DNA of 64,000 nucleotides from Phallusia mammillata. Lineage: Eukaryota. Below the pieces are notes generated by a model, which was not told the origin of the DNA, did no database searches, and worked only from the letters and a program-made list of their open reading frames with translations. This document shows, piece by piece, positions 36,901 to 50,189 of this stretch (positions are counted from its first letter, which is position 1; every line of letters begins with the position of its first letter). The translations under genes and the position numbers were made by a program. The stretch covers positions 3,534,001 to 3,598,000 of the forward strand of contig OZ281494.1 of assembly GCA_965637545.1 (NCBI GenBank), in the 5' to 3' direction.

Positions 36901-39650
36901 CCATCAAATTCCACTGTTTCCTGAAGAGAGACCAATGACCGCATTTGAAGCCAATGGGAGGCTGTATCAATATCGCCGACTGCCCTTTGGTGTAACTAAT
37001 GGAGTTGCAGCATTTCAGCGAGTTATGGACGAATTTATACAGCGCCATAGATTAATTAAAGTGTATGCGTATCTTGACGACTTGACTGTAACTGGTGCTA
37101 CCGAAAAAGAGCACAAAGAAAATCTTGATCGTTTGCTGGCGGCTGCCAGAACTGACGGTTTGACTTTTAATGAAGCAAAGTCAAAAATTGGTGTGAGAAG
37201 TTTGGACCTACTTGGATATCTTGTGTCCCACGGGGAAGTACGTCCTGATCCAAGCCGTTTGCAACCGTTACTCGATATGCGCCCGCCAACTTCTGCCAAA
37301 GAACTGAAACGGGTGAATGGATTATTTGCATACTACGCGAAATGGATTGTAGATTTCTCGAAAAAGGCTCTACCCCTATTGTCAGCTACTGAATTTCCTC
37401 TGCAAGGTAAGCCTCTTGAAGCTTTTAATGTCTTGAAATCTGATCTTGGAAAAGCAAGCTTAGGGGCAATTAAAGACAACGTTCCGTTTGAAGTAGAAAC
37501 CGATGTATCTGATTATGCCGTAGCAGCGATATTGTCACAAGATGGTCGACCCGTGGCGTACATGTCCCGTACGCTCAACAAATGCGAGCGAAATTATCCT
37601 GCTGTTGAAAAAGAAGCTTCGGCTATCATCGAAGCCTCTCGTAAGTGGTCTCAATTTCTCAAAGGCAGGCATTTTACTTTAATCACAGATCAACGTTCCG
37701 TTAGCTTTATGTTCGATAAGAAAAATCGAGGAAAAATTAAGAATACAAAAATACTTGCATGGCGCCTTGAACTTGGTCAGTTTAGTTACTCTATTCGTCA
37801 CAGACCAGGAATTCAAAACGTTGCACCCGATGCCATGTCTCGCATTTGTGCTTCCGTCACATCAACCAAAACCTTACGTGCGATTCACGAACAGCTGGGT
37901 CATCCAGGTTTTGCCAGACTGTATCACTTTATCCGGACCCATAATCTTTCATATACAAGTGAAGAAGCGAAAAGCGTCGGGCAGCAGTGTCAGACTTGCG
38001 CAGAAATTAAGCCTCGGTTCTTTCAACCTGTTTCCCAATCCCTAGTCCAATCAACTAAACCGTGGGACCGATTGTCAATTGATTTCAAAGGACCTGTGAG
38101 AGGACCAAATCCATACTTACTTGTAGTTATCGATGAATATAGCAGATTCCCTTTTGTCTTTCCGTGTTCTGCGATGACATCTAAAACAGTAGTTAGTTGT
38201 CTAAATACTCTTTTCTGTCTCTTCGGTTTTCCTGCTTACATACATAGTGACCGAGGTCTATCGTTTATGAGTCGCGAAGTTAAACAATTTCTTTCAGAAC
38301 GAGGCATTGCAACAAGCAAATCTTCTCCATACCACCCAACAGGTAATAGCCAATGCGAACGCGCAAATCAAACTATTTGGCGCACCATTAAACTTCTGTT
38401 ACACAGCAAAGGTTTGTCAGAAGAAAAATGGGAAAGTGTTCTAAATGAAGCTCTCCATGCAATTAGGACATTAGTTTGTACAGCAGTGAATGAAACGCCA
38501 CATGAAAGAATGTTTCGTTTCCGAAGAAGAGCTATGTTCGGAGCATCGATGCCAACTTGGTTGTTATCAGAGGGCCCCGTTCTCTTGCGGCGCCACGTTT
38601 CGAAACATTATGCGATGAAATATATCTAGTCGATGCGAATCCATCATACGCATTAATTCGCCATTCTAACGGAAGGGAGGACACGGTATCCACATCGGAT
38701 CTCGCCCCGTGTCCGCATTCTGGTATGGACAACATAAGTCCGTCGATTGAAGCTGCCGAAGAAGAAGATGTTTATGCAACGACACCCGATAATGTAGCTG
38801 AGCCTTCATCTCCTAGTGTTGACGAAAGTGAAGAAACGATGTTGGAGGAGAACGCTCCAATAGCACCAACTCCAACCCCACGGAGATCACACCGAGACCG
38901 CAGGCCCCCTAATAGATTTGGGGAATGGACAGCTGCGATTTTTCAATCATGAACATTTGTTTCCTGTTTGCTCCCTATTTTTCTGTGGGGGAGATTGTGG
39001 TGAATGTTATTTCTATGTTGTGTTCCGGTTTACCTTGATCCGTTTTCCTTTCCGTTACGACCCGTTACTTCCTTCCGGTCATTAGTGTTTTGTTTCGTTA
39101 GCGGTAGGATGTCTAGTTTTCTCTTGCATTTGGGCTTATTTGTTTTCTACATTTCCTGAGTCATTTATTGTTTGTGTTGCCGATACATTGCTGTATTTTT
39201 ACTTTAATAAAGCCAGAGTTAATTTAACTCCTCAATGGTCATCACAAGGTGCAAATTGATTCCTGGTTAAAATAGAATTCTATTATTCCTGGTTTTAAAT
39301 TAAGACTTCAATCGCTGGTGATAGAAGTTAGGCATAAATTTTAATCATAGATAAACTTAACAATATTTTGCGCTAATTATTTATTATTCTCCATATTTTG
39401 TTGCAATACCGTCTATTGTAACCTGTTCCATTTATGATTGTTTTATTTTTTCAGTGTACACTGTGCTGACTACACGCGCCGGAATGGTGGCTGGTGGATT
39501 AACGCTTGTGCCTTTGCTACTCCCAACGGGGGTTGGAATACTTATCCTGGATGCCCTTCGCAGATAAAATACCCATGCCACATTTACTGGGGTACTTGGA
39601 AAAACAGTATAAGGCTCATAGGCACTGAACTGAAAATTCGATGTGTTTAA
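30957..39650 (+). CDS. Secreted LCCL-LCCL-EGF(Ca)-fibrinogen C-terminal (FReD) protein, ~460 aa; join(30957..31029,31351..31506,32051..32176,32454..32603,32790..32915,33179..33292,33739..33824,34013..34109,34380..34485,34648..34800,39455..39650)
   Basis: LCCL CPANC...ICLAA and CPAYC...[59 protein letters not shown]. FRe[13 protein letters not shown]...YRYGFG...[23 protein letters not shown]. All 10 introns are GT-AG with compatible phases. The first exon is the least certain. Confidence 0.85.
34976..39246 (+). mobile_element. Young Ty3/Gypsy LTR retrotransposon (4271 bp) in intron 10 of the LCCL-FReD gene, same orientation as the gene
   Basis: 251-bp TG...CA LTRs (34976-35226, 38996-39246) differing at 2 positions, 5-bp TSD AGGTG (34971-34975, 39247-39251), purine tract GGGGGAGA at 38987-38994, no TGG-type PBS. 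Confidence 0.95.
35255..38952 (+). CDS. gag-pol: Single gag-pol ORF (1124 aa to 38629) with a frameshift near 38600; the integrase tail continues in another frame to 38952
   Basis: Zinc-knuckle region CYFC...[30 protein letters not shown], RNase H ETDVS, IN HEQLGH...CQTC, SIDFKG, HSDRG. The tail [18 protein letters not shown]...[11 protein letters not shown] is out of frame. Confidence 0.9.
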
Positions 39651-40429
39651 AGTATCTAATACAGCACAAGCCTTAAGTTTTGCAATAAGTTATGACAATC
39701 GCTTTCTAAATCCAAGATACCGTTTTGACAATGGGTTGAATCCAAATTATTTCCAAACGTTATTTTTTGTCCTTTTTTGGATATATCTACAACCACTTCT
39801 TGAAACTTTCTCTTTCTTTATTATTTTTTGAAATACTTTATTGATCGTTTATCGTCTTCCACCTTCTGGCACAAAAACAGGATTTTCTCAACATGGAATT
39901 ACACACATGAACATTAATATTTAAATGAGTGATATTCATTTGTTGAGTTCAATTGAAGCAAGAGGAACATTCCAATGCCAAAATGCTCTCTATTCGTCAA
40001 TAACAAAAAATTATCAAGGGTAAAATTTCCTACTCATTAATTTGCATTAATTGAAGCTGGTAACTGACTTGACAATACATTATCAAGGCGTAGAAGGACA
40101 TTTATTATCGCGGTTTAAATTAAATTCAGATTGAAACTAAAGTATCCTACTGTGGTAATAACATTCAGTAACATTTTTAAGCTTGTTGTCGGACTGGACT
40201 GGTTTACCGACCACGATTTTCGTATTGTAAATATGTTTTTTTTTATCTGATTTTCATATTTGCAATAAAAAAGAAAGAAAAATAATGAATTTAAATTTAT
40301 AATAGAATCAGCACGAAATAGTCAGGCTATTGTTTTTAATTTGCATTGTCACTTCATCAACTTTCTCACAGTTGATTTTATAAAATACCGTATTACTTGA
40401 CGGCACAAATCTTAAAATGGTGGACCCGG

Positions 40430-40945
40430 AAATTCTGTTGGTCAAATGAGTTCCGTCTAAACTAAAACGCTTGCGCGGTACCTCATAAAGTTCTCTGTGA
40501 TCCATTAGGCACACTCGAGTGTTCTGGAGACAGTCATTCAAGGCGAGGCACAGATGGTCCTATCATCATCTCCTTTGATCTTGTGACTCATATCTGGTCA
40601 TTTACAAAACATTATTCACTAATGAAAAACTTCAAATCAGCCGAATGTTACAAAATGCAGCTATTTGAAATGTTGCTTTTGTTGCCAAACTCAAAGAAAT
40701 AATTCAGGTATTATGCTTGCTAAATAAATAATAGCTGCGCAACGGCGCCTTGTTACCCAATACCTTCGTAAAACAGTCATCAACCACCGTGAGGTTCGTT
40801 TAGGGAGAATAACAAATATCAAGTTTTGAAAACGTGTGGAACATAAGTGTCCCATGTTGTGGTTCGCCTAATAACAAAAGGAATCCAGCAAAATTAAATA
40901 CACACATTATTCGATCCGGTATAGACGTGACGTAATTCGGTTCGA
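40430..40945 (-). repeat. Old decayed repeat, copy 2, with an SGNH-esterase-like remnant (LNDCL...CLMDH...SLDGTHL)
   Basis: Colinear with 28300-30080 once the TIR element is removed. DGxHL resembles SGNH block V as seen in some LINE ORF1 proteins (weak). Confidence 0.5.
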
Positions 40946-40954
40946 CGTGAAGTA

Positions 40955-41760
40955 ATAAATTTGGTCATCGAATATTAGTCCCAGGCACTTGGTTGTGCTG
41001 GTTCTTGCAATTATATGGTTATTAATGGTATTATTTGGGGATATGGTTGACAAGTTTAGTAAAAAATCACGTAACTGGTTTTTGTGTAATTAAGTATCAG
41101 TTTGTTCTCGTTCATATATTAGCTTGTACAATGCCATTTTGCATTTTCGTTAGGTTACTGCCGTGTGGAAATCATCTACATAAACTTGAAACAGGGTTAC
41201 AAAATAGAAAATACTGCCGTGAGGTAAGCTGGAGTGGATGTTTAGTTTTTTTTTTAATTTTTTGTGTTGTTTTCAGTTTGTGATGAAACTGTTTGTCAAT
41301 TCAAGTGGTCCACCTCTAATGTCATAATGTTGTAGTTTTTATTTCAAAGTTTGATGATCAATGGTGTGGAAAGCTTTGGAAAGATCCATAAATATAATGC
41401 TTTGGTGTTTTTGGTGATCAAAGCTATGTAAAACGTTTTCGTATAAATCAGCTGTGAGAAATTATGTTGGATATTTTTGTTGTAATCCAAAGTGGTGTTG
41501 TAAAGTGGTATTATTTTTGTTTATAAATTTTAGTATCTATTTACCGAATATGCGGGTTGTGGATATTGGTTTGAAATCAGAACATGTGGGTAGAATTTTT
41601 ATCTTTGGTATTGGTCTGATGTGACTTATAAATTTGTTAACTGATTGGAACGTGGAATGTTGTTATGCATTTAGTGTAGAGATTTACCAAACATGGATTT
41701 GCTACTTTACTGGTCTGTAATTTTACATTAAATCCGCTTATAGGAGCCAGTTTTTTTTTT
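40955..41760 (-). mobile_element. Decayed CR1/L2-type LINE reverse-transcriptase remnant
   Basis: Minus-strand fragments in RT order: HFGLQQKYPT, FMDLSKAFHTIDHQTL, LPHGSI..LFQVYVDD, NKLILNYTKTSYVIF, TKCLGLIFDDQ, with stops and frameshifts. Confidence 0.7.
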
Positions 41761-44700
41761 AATTTGTGCGAAAGGAATGTGTGAGTTTGCAATTCATTGC
41801 AACAAACTGCTACATCGCTGTCTATTGGCTGTAAGAACTGATCATTTATCAGCTATTGCAAGATAGGTTACAAGCAGGGATTAATGAGTCATTATGATTT
41901 AACTTTTTATGGTTTACAGCCCCAAAAAGTTTTCTGTAACCTGGAACGCCTACCCCTAAATATTAAATTCTGTGGACTACAGTGGTTCTATGTACCCCCG
42001 GTTGGAGGAGCCACTGGGCTAGTTGTTTGGTGCAATTAACACAGTGGCAAATGTCCACTGTAGTCCATAATAAATCAAACTTTTTCGTAGGTTGTTCGCA
42101 AAAACGAAACATATTTCCATAACGTAAAAAGTGTTTAAATAAGCGCGAAATTACAGCCTATGTGAAGAGCGGCGTTTGATGTTTCATACTTGAAGTATTT
42201 GTTAATTTATGTGCATTTGTTTCTAACTCAGCTTCACTTTCTCAATAATAAATGCATTTCGTGCTGGTTGGAAGGAATGTAGTACGCTTTACCTTTTCAT
42301 GAATTAATGTGTTTAGAATATGATAGTTTTCTGATGCCAATTTCTAATTCATGTGTGTCGAATAACAATGTTTATTTGTAGCATTATTATTTTTTCACTG
42401 TTGATGACAACTGATTTTGTAGAAACGTTTGCTTAATGAAATGTCAACGTTTGCTACATCGCTGGCATTTTTGTTTTAATAAATCTTTCTTTTCAGTGGG
42501 AGTTTCATGCTTGTTTCTCTGAAAGAAGACTTCTAGCCAGGATATGAAGCTATCATTCATTTGTAAATCGTTTTTGCTGTAGGCTATTTCAAATGTCAGC
42601 CGTCTGACAAATCTTGACACGGAATCTTACAAGGAATTTTCTCGGAAGAGGTTTGGAAAATGCTCCTCGGGCGCCAAAGCATACCCACAACTCCAAAAAT
42701 GTTTGAGGATATAGCCTAAACATTTTATCAAAACCCACCGCCATGCCAGCAACAGGCCTTAAGTTGAACCTCCTGGCCTTTAACATGGCAGTTGGCCGCT
42801 TTAATTTAAATCATGGGTCACAAAGTAGTCACTTTGAACCTGGATAACTGTTGCCAAAAGTGAAAAACTAAACCAAAACCATTCGATTTGTTTTCAGAAA
42901 TGTCGTTGAACTTATTCTACACAGACATGACGTTGCCATCATCCGATTTATAATAAAAGATTTTAGCCCAAGTCCAGACAAGTGCATGCAGTCACACAAC
43001 TTATTTGTGCTCTAGCTAGTAAGCAATACAGATCAATACAAATTCAGAATGGAAACTACTATCTATTAAATTTCAACACTGTACCGATAAACTAACTTAT
43101 ATATAATCGGGCGGGGTGAATTGTGTTCATTTTAGCATACGATTTTATCGTCTAGCCACTTGTTTGTTTTTTTGAAAAAGATATATACGACTTGTTTTAT
43201 CCCAACCTAACCGTTAACCGATTCAATTAGTAGTAAACATCACATTTAATGTTAGAATATAGCATGTTCATCACTTTAGGTAAGCTGCAAACAGTGCACT
43301 GCACTGTTTCGACCTTTGAGGTCTCATCAGTGCAACTGACTCAAGACATTGGCGGTTTGAGCTAGTGTACCACCTCAGGGCACAGTTTGTTTGCAATAAC
43401 AGACTATAGACCACCAAATCTGTTCGGTGCCACTCCAGGGCATAAACCGCAGTGTGCACTGTCTGCGGCTTAAATGTCACGTAATGACTAGATGCTATTG
43501 CCACATCTGTTGTTAGAACATTATTTTTGTCAAATTGGCAGTTCAAATTTGCACACAATTAATACACTAAAACCGTCGTATTAAAATTCCGGAAGTCTAA
43601 GGACAATATTCAAAATGTACACCATCAGATAATACGGGATGAATAACCGTTTGCCACCTCAACAACCTTGTTGTTTATGAGTTCTTATTTCAGTAGCGTT
43701 TCGCCTCAAGCAGTATATGATGTGCTAGTCTAATCCCTTGCTGTGTGGCTGTGTCGGTGCCGTGTCAGCCTACCAGTCTTAAGTAGCGTGCTACGAGTCT
43801 TAATTAGCGTGATACTAGAACCGTAGGCAAAACAATTGTTTTTTGTTTGATGGGTGAATCAATTAGGTTTAGGTCAACTGAGATGAATTTTTAAACTGAA
43901 AAACTGTCCTTATTAGATGGAACGTTTTTACTTTAAAAATTAATTGTATTCTCAAGCAATCCACTTGGTACATGTCCCTCCAAACCGTCTGTAATTGTTG
44001 TTTGTTTATGTCCCTCGGAATCCCTAAACTCTCCAGGAAAGAATCCTGGAAACCTATTAATATAGGAGGGATCCTATTATAGGTATGTTGACATTATCTA
44101 GTTTAAAAATGAAACCGAAAAAAACACATTAATGAACTAAAACGATCAAGGGCGTATGAAAGCAATCTTTTACTTAGCGCAAATTAAAGCGACACCGATG
44201 TCAAATCTGGACTGCAATAATCATTCATGGGTTCAATTTCTGAAAACTTTTGTTGTTTGTTTTAAAAACACAGGTTCATGCACTTGTGCATGAAAATAAG
44301 CTTACATGCAATCACTAACCCCTGCAGATTCAAGGTTTGATTCATGCACACGCATTCAAGGAATTGGAACAACCAGTTATAAAGCACTCAAGGCTTTGAA
44401 TAAGCCAATTGGCCACCAAATTTTCTGGGCCAGAGGTATGAGTGTGAATGGCACCCACTACTTTAGCAAATGACAAGAAGAATGTGTTTTTGACCCGAAT
44501 GAAAAACAATATCTGCCATCTGTGCTTTTACGGGAGACCCGTTGAAAATGATGCATGACCATGGACACAAATGAGCTAAAAATCTCGAGCTTATATCAAC
44601 CCCATTTGATTAAAAATTTGACACCAGATCACAGATCAACCTTAGATATTCTTTTTTCTTTGATTGGTCCACAGACAGTTTCTCTTTTTTTTTCTCTGTT

Positions 44701-47149
44701 AAGTTTTGCTTTTTTGTGGTTAGGTTTATCTGTCAACTTTCACCTACATAGTTATGGGCAGCACGACTACACTGCGCTCTGCGATTAACATCAAATGTGG
44801 TGCTGCAACCTTTTATTTGTTTAGTGCATAACGTTTACTAGATTTGCAGCATTGACATTTTAGCAAATTCAAGTACATACTACAAAGAGCTGAGGGTATC
44901 AATTAAACAATAAATTGAACTGCCCAATATGGTTATCTCTATCTAACTGGTTTTGTTCATGCAGAATTAACAAAATAAACTTAAAAGGTTGCATTATGTT
45001 TTTTTTTTCTGAAAGCGTTTTCAAAAAAAGTAAAGAAACAGCTTCAACCAGGATTTATTTTACTATGTTTTAGGAACAGAAGTGTAACTTAACCTATTTG
45101 AGTTTATACAAACAATAATTCTTACCCACTAACAGAAAAGCTTCATATACTGTCCGCAAGATATACTTTGGCTAAAAGATCCAGTTAATTTGATTTCCTT
45201 GCATTTCTTCCGCCATTCCACATCGAAACTTTGATAAACAAGTCACATTACAATTGTGAGCATTTTTTAAATGGGCTGAATGTTCTAGCTCGTTAGTGTC
45301 CAACTAACCCAGTTTCCTGCAGGTAACAATAAGGGCCACTTCAAAAATATTGCGTATTACTAAAAACCTTGGTCGAGTTTCAGGCCAAAGTATGATGGTT
45401 GTAGATATCAAATCAAACCAATCAGACTCTTTCCTGCTTTGCTTCAGTCAATATGTTCAAATTATCAACATCATAAACTTTAGGACATGTGAATTTTAAT
45501 ATGAGGGACTATATATAGCTATATCCACAATGAATAAACATGCGCTTAAAACAATCATCAAAAAAGCTAAATGAAAAATCTCATTTCAAAAACTTTCTAT
45601 TTGGACTTTCTTAAAGAAAGCAAAAAAATATTTGTTTAGAGTCACCTTTATTATGATAGGCACTTTAGAAAACGGCATCAAATTCTTGGATCTTTTGTTT
45701 GTTTTTCTAAATTAATTAATTCTTTAATTAAATAATAATGACCCGCTTACTTATATACATGAAAATTTTTTATATTTACAACAAGAGTTTTCTATTTTTT
45801 GTCACCAAAATATTTCTAAAATTAGAAAAAGTTGTAACCAAACAGTTGTAAATTTAGATTACTCGTAGCAAATCATTGTAAGTGGGTAAAAAACATTTTC
45901 TACATTAAACATAGGCAATAGTCCATGTTTCTATCCTGGTCTTGATACTTCAGTATGTTACAGCAATAAGTGACGATAAAATGAAAACCTTTCGATCTAA
46001 GATAAGCCTTTTTATCAACAATGCATCTGCTGAGATTTTGCATGTCGTTTTTCCTCGAAAACAATTTGATGCATTATCTAGCCTTATAAGTTTCTTCTGT
46101 ACATATGCTGAAACAAGAGCAATGCCCTACACCAAACAAGGTTGCTTTAAATTTGCTGCAGATTTTTAATTATTTTTTATTTGTGATTTTTTACCGGCGT
46201 CCTGTCAGTCAACAGATACGACACTCATAAACATGCTAAGTTATATGTTACTCAAGTCTTGCAAAGGTTTAAAATAGTATTGCAAAGTTACTTACTAGCA
46301 TTACTTACAGGCAATGTTTTTATAGCCGAAAAAAGCTTTTCCTAAATAACTATTGTAGCAAAGTCATCTGCCATGACTAACCTGTGCCGTGACCACTAAA
46401 GCTGCTTACATGTAATCTTTTTGAGTTTGCATGTAATGCGTTGGCTTTTGTTTCACGGCTTTGGAACAAGAAACAGCTTATAGCTAGTCTAATAGAATTA
46501 ATTTGCATTTACCACCATTTTATTTTTGTCATAATTACCGGTTCTTTTTTAGCACAGAAAAAAAGCACGAAACCGAAAAATTGCACCATAATAAACTGCC
46601 GTTTTTTACATCTTAATTTAAAGCAAAGATTTTTTTTTTAATGTTTGAAACAACATGCATTTACAAAATACAAACGAGATCTGCATATGTCATTTAAATT
46701 CAACTTACAACTGACGTGCTATCTTCTGACCAAAACATCCAAGTGCTCACAGAGCAGTAAAACATACACATGCGTACTTGTAACCTTGTTTTTATCGCAC
46801 TATACTGTAGATACCAATTGACATTATTAGTCGGCCATTTTAGTTTATAGCTACTAACAATAAAAAAATACTAATTATTTTGCCCGAAAAAAATACTTAC
46901 AAAATGTAAACTGCTACCACTGTGAAGAAGTGATGTAGCTGCGGTTTCTTAAACGCCATTTTGGGTGTTATTCGGTTGTCACCAAGTCCAATGCTGGAGT
47001 GTTGTTTTTTTGGCAACGATTTTTCATAAACTGTTTGATGATTTTTTCAGCAGTTTCCCGAAATACTTGTTTTTATACATGTGCTACACAAGAGCAATGC
47101 ACTACACCAATTAAAAAAACATAATATTTACTACAAGCTTTTTTAAAAA

Positions 47150-47313
47150 ATGTACCGGTTCTATCACAAAGGTAATATTTTTTAGTCGGTTCTGTTACAA
47201 AAAGTCATAGTTCCATTGACAGTAACCAGGAATGCTAACCGATTCGCTGATCTCATAACATTTCGTGAGACGGTTCTACAGAACCGGTGCGAACCGGCTG
47301 AATCCCACCACTG
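47150..47313 (+). mobile_element. Right end of a hAT-like MITE
   Basis: GAACCGGTGCGAACCGGCTGAATCCCACCACTG terminus with repeated CGGTTC motifs. No matching left end was found. Confidence 0.5.
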
Positions 47314-48675
47314 GGTACGTTTACAGTGAATTCAATAGATATAACATTTTTACCTATGTAATAATAGATTACTTAAAGTTTTGTTTTGTAAAAAATGATT
47401 TCACAGTTTGTTGTTTAATTCATATGTTGTTACGACTGTAGACAGCCCTTAGTAATAAATTTTAGTAACAATGTCACCTGACTTAAAAAAAAATGGTTTG
47501 TGACCTTTTTTGCTGCCTATATATAGTTTAATAGATGTAATGCATTGACTTCTGTAGTATACTATTTGCGAGCAACAGCCTATGGCCTTTAACAGCTTTA
47601 ATTTTTATTCACCACCAGTCGTTGCTACACAATTAGGGAAACTAATATAAAAAAAAACTAAACGTAAATAGCGCTTTATTAACAAAATTGTAGACATTAA
47701 GCCATGCGGTTTATCTCGCATCAATACGACATTTTAACTTTACAGTCCACTTTTGTTATTTCCCATTTAAACGGTTCATTTCTATTGAAAGCCAAGCGAT
47801 AACCGACGTTTAAAGAAAGTTTGTCGGCTCTTTTTTTATGACAGAAAAAATGCACAAATGAGACCTAAACACTACAGCATAACAAGCTACCTGTTTTTAC
47901 ATCTCAATTTAAAGCACGCACGATTTCATGTGAACATTCCTCCAAAAAAATAAAAAAAATAAAAAAAATAATATATTTTTTAAGTGATTGCTTAAAATCC
48001 TACAACAACATAAATCTACAAAAAACAAAACAAGTTAGGTCTGTGTGTTGCGTTATTTTGACAAATACAACTGCCACATAAATTCAACATAGAACTGACT
48101 TATTGTCTCATAACTAAGTTATCACATCAAAGGTTTCACAAGGCAATAAAAACAAACACTTTCGTGCTGTAACTGAGCTTCTACTGAATTTTACTTATGA
48201 TGTTAGTTGTCATTTGTTTTCAGTTGCAATAACTTGTGCTGTCAACTACAAACATTATAATTTTTTTTGTTAATTTGCCCCTACAATTTACTGTCACATA
48301 CTGGTAAAAAACTTTTATATCTTAATCGATTGGACATTACAAGTTATCATTTTGCCAAAAACTTTCTCGCAAATAGTTTAAAAATTGTTTGGCAATAGCC
48401 CTTGACGGTACTTTCTCTGCATATGCCATAATGTGAAGTTTAAATTTAATATATCAGCTTATCTAGCTTGTAAAACTTAGGTCGAAACTTATCACAAATT
48501 ATACCTAAAAAGTAAAGCCTTTGAGAAGGAAAAAATGTAAAATTAGTAACAAAGTGAATAATTGCCAAAGCCATCTTATTTTTGTAGATAAATAAACATC
48601 GTGCAAGCGCCATTTTGTATGTAAAAAGCATCGATTTTGAAATTGACAGTCACAAATTGGTAGATGTTAATATAA

Positions 48676-49150
48676 GGGCCTAATGTCACCCCTTAAGCAA
48701 CAAAAAGAGTAAAAAATATTTTGTACTTTCGATATTAGATTTGACATTTTTTTTCTGATAGATGTGGTTTTATTTCAATGACACATATGCTAACTACTTG
48801 TGTAAAATGATTATAACACAAACAATACGTTAACATCGAAAAAGCACACAAAAATGACAGCTAAACCGTATTAGAAAACGAGGTGGTAATACATCTTAAT
48901 TGCGTCAAATAAATTGCGTAAATTGCCTAATGATTGCGTAAATGCGTAAAGGCCCAATGTCACTTTTTGGATAAGCACAAAAAAGCGGTAAAAATTACAT
49001 GTACTGCATATTTTTATTTTTTTAAATATGTGTTAATTACTCAAGTAAAAAATAAATAACTGTAGAAAGACGTTAATATCCTAGAAAGTAAAAAAACGTC
49101 AGTTGAACCATAATATGAAACGAGGTGGTGATACACTTAAATTGCGTTGA
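48676..49150 (+). repeat. Diverged ~250-275 bp tandem duplication
   Basis: GGCCTAATGTCAC (48677) / GGCCCAATGTCAC (48951), and AAACGAGGTGGT.ATACA..T.AATTGCGT near 48877 and 49118. Confidence 0.55.
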
Positions 49151-50189
49151 AAAGGGATTAGGACCACAAAAATGAGAAATTAACAAAACCCAAATTGTGA
49201 AAAAAATGTGTATCTTATCTCATTATGTGCATCTTACACTGTTTTTGTTTTTCAATACCAAGTTTAATTTTTTTCACGTTTTCGTGTTTTAGGTAAATTA
49301 GGTTTTTAGCAACTTTTTTTTCAAATAATTAGGCAAAAGTGTGGTATTTATTTTTCTTAGTGTTTTTCAGATTGGCGAAGTTGAAACATGGTTTGGCAAT
49401 CGAGTTGACTCAAAGTGTTGGACTATTTGACTTTTTTGAGAGCTTTGAGACAGCAAGTCAAACTAGCTAACTTTACTTGTGTAAACCAATTGGTAAGCGA
49501 GCAAAATTTGCCCAACTTATAATCGCAATATACAACAAGTCGTAGTTTTCTTTTTATGATTTCTAGGATCAAAACGTTTTTTTAAAACCATTAACACTCT
49601 TAAGTGTAGTGTTTTGTTTTAAATGTTGTCAAACATTTCTTAAAATAGGCCCTACAAGATAACGAATATTCTCATCTGCCCAAGGCACAACAGATTACAT
49701 TCAGATTATGTGGTACGTTTGCTTTCAAAATCTGCAACGGTTTTACAGCAACGAGCTCAACATCATTATTTTTACACAAGCTTTTCAACAAGTCACCACT
49801 CTTGTCAGTACTTCACCGAAGAAGTTAGATGTAACAATTAGTTTGAGAGATATTTAATTGTCGAAAGGAACTTGCAAGATACAACAACTTCGATATTTGG
49901 CGTCGGGTAATTGCAGCAAATTGAGGATTTGTTCCACTGACTGCATGAAAAACGAAGGTCGACCGTCAAACGAAACCCAACGCAAACAATCACAAACAGA
50001 GTCTGAAGAGGGAAACACGATAGACATCTGGCTGTAACAAAGAATACTAATAACTTACGTAATGTAGTCAACCAAGCAATTTGTTTTGAAGGTTTATTTG
50101 ACGCAACTATTTTTTTATTTCTTTAATTTTTCATTTCTTCAATTTTTCATTATTTTTAACGTCTTATTTGTCGCAACTAGTATTTTTTC

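Noticed and set aside
35560-38735. Antisense and alternate-frame ORFs within the two retrotransposon coding regions (also 24673-26409)
   Set aside because: These are shadow ORFs of the long gag-pol frames, with no independent motifs.
44555-44788. ORF with TPDHRSTLDILFS, resembling the end of an AP-endonuclease domain
   Set aside because: It is a single short motif with no other endonuclease motifs nearby.
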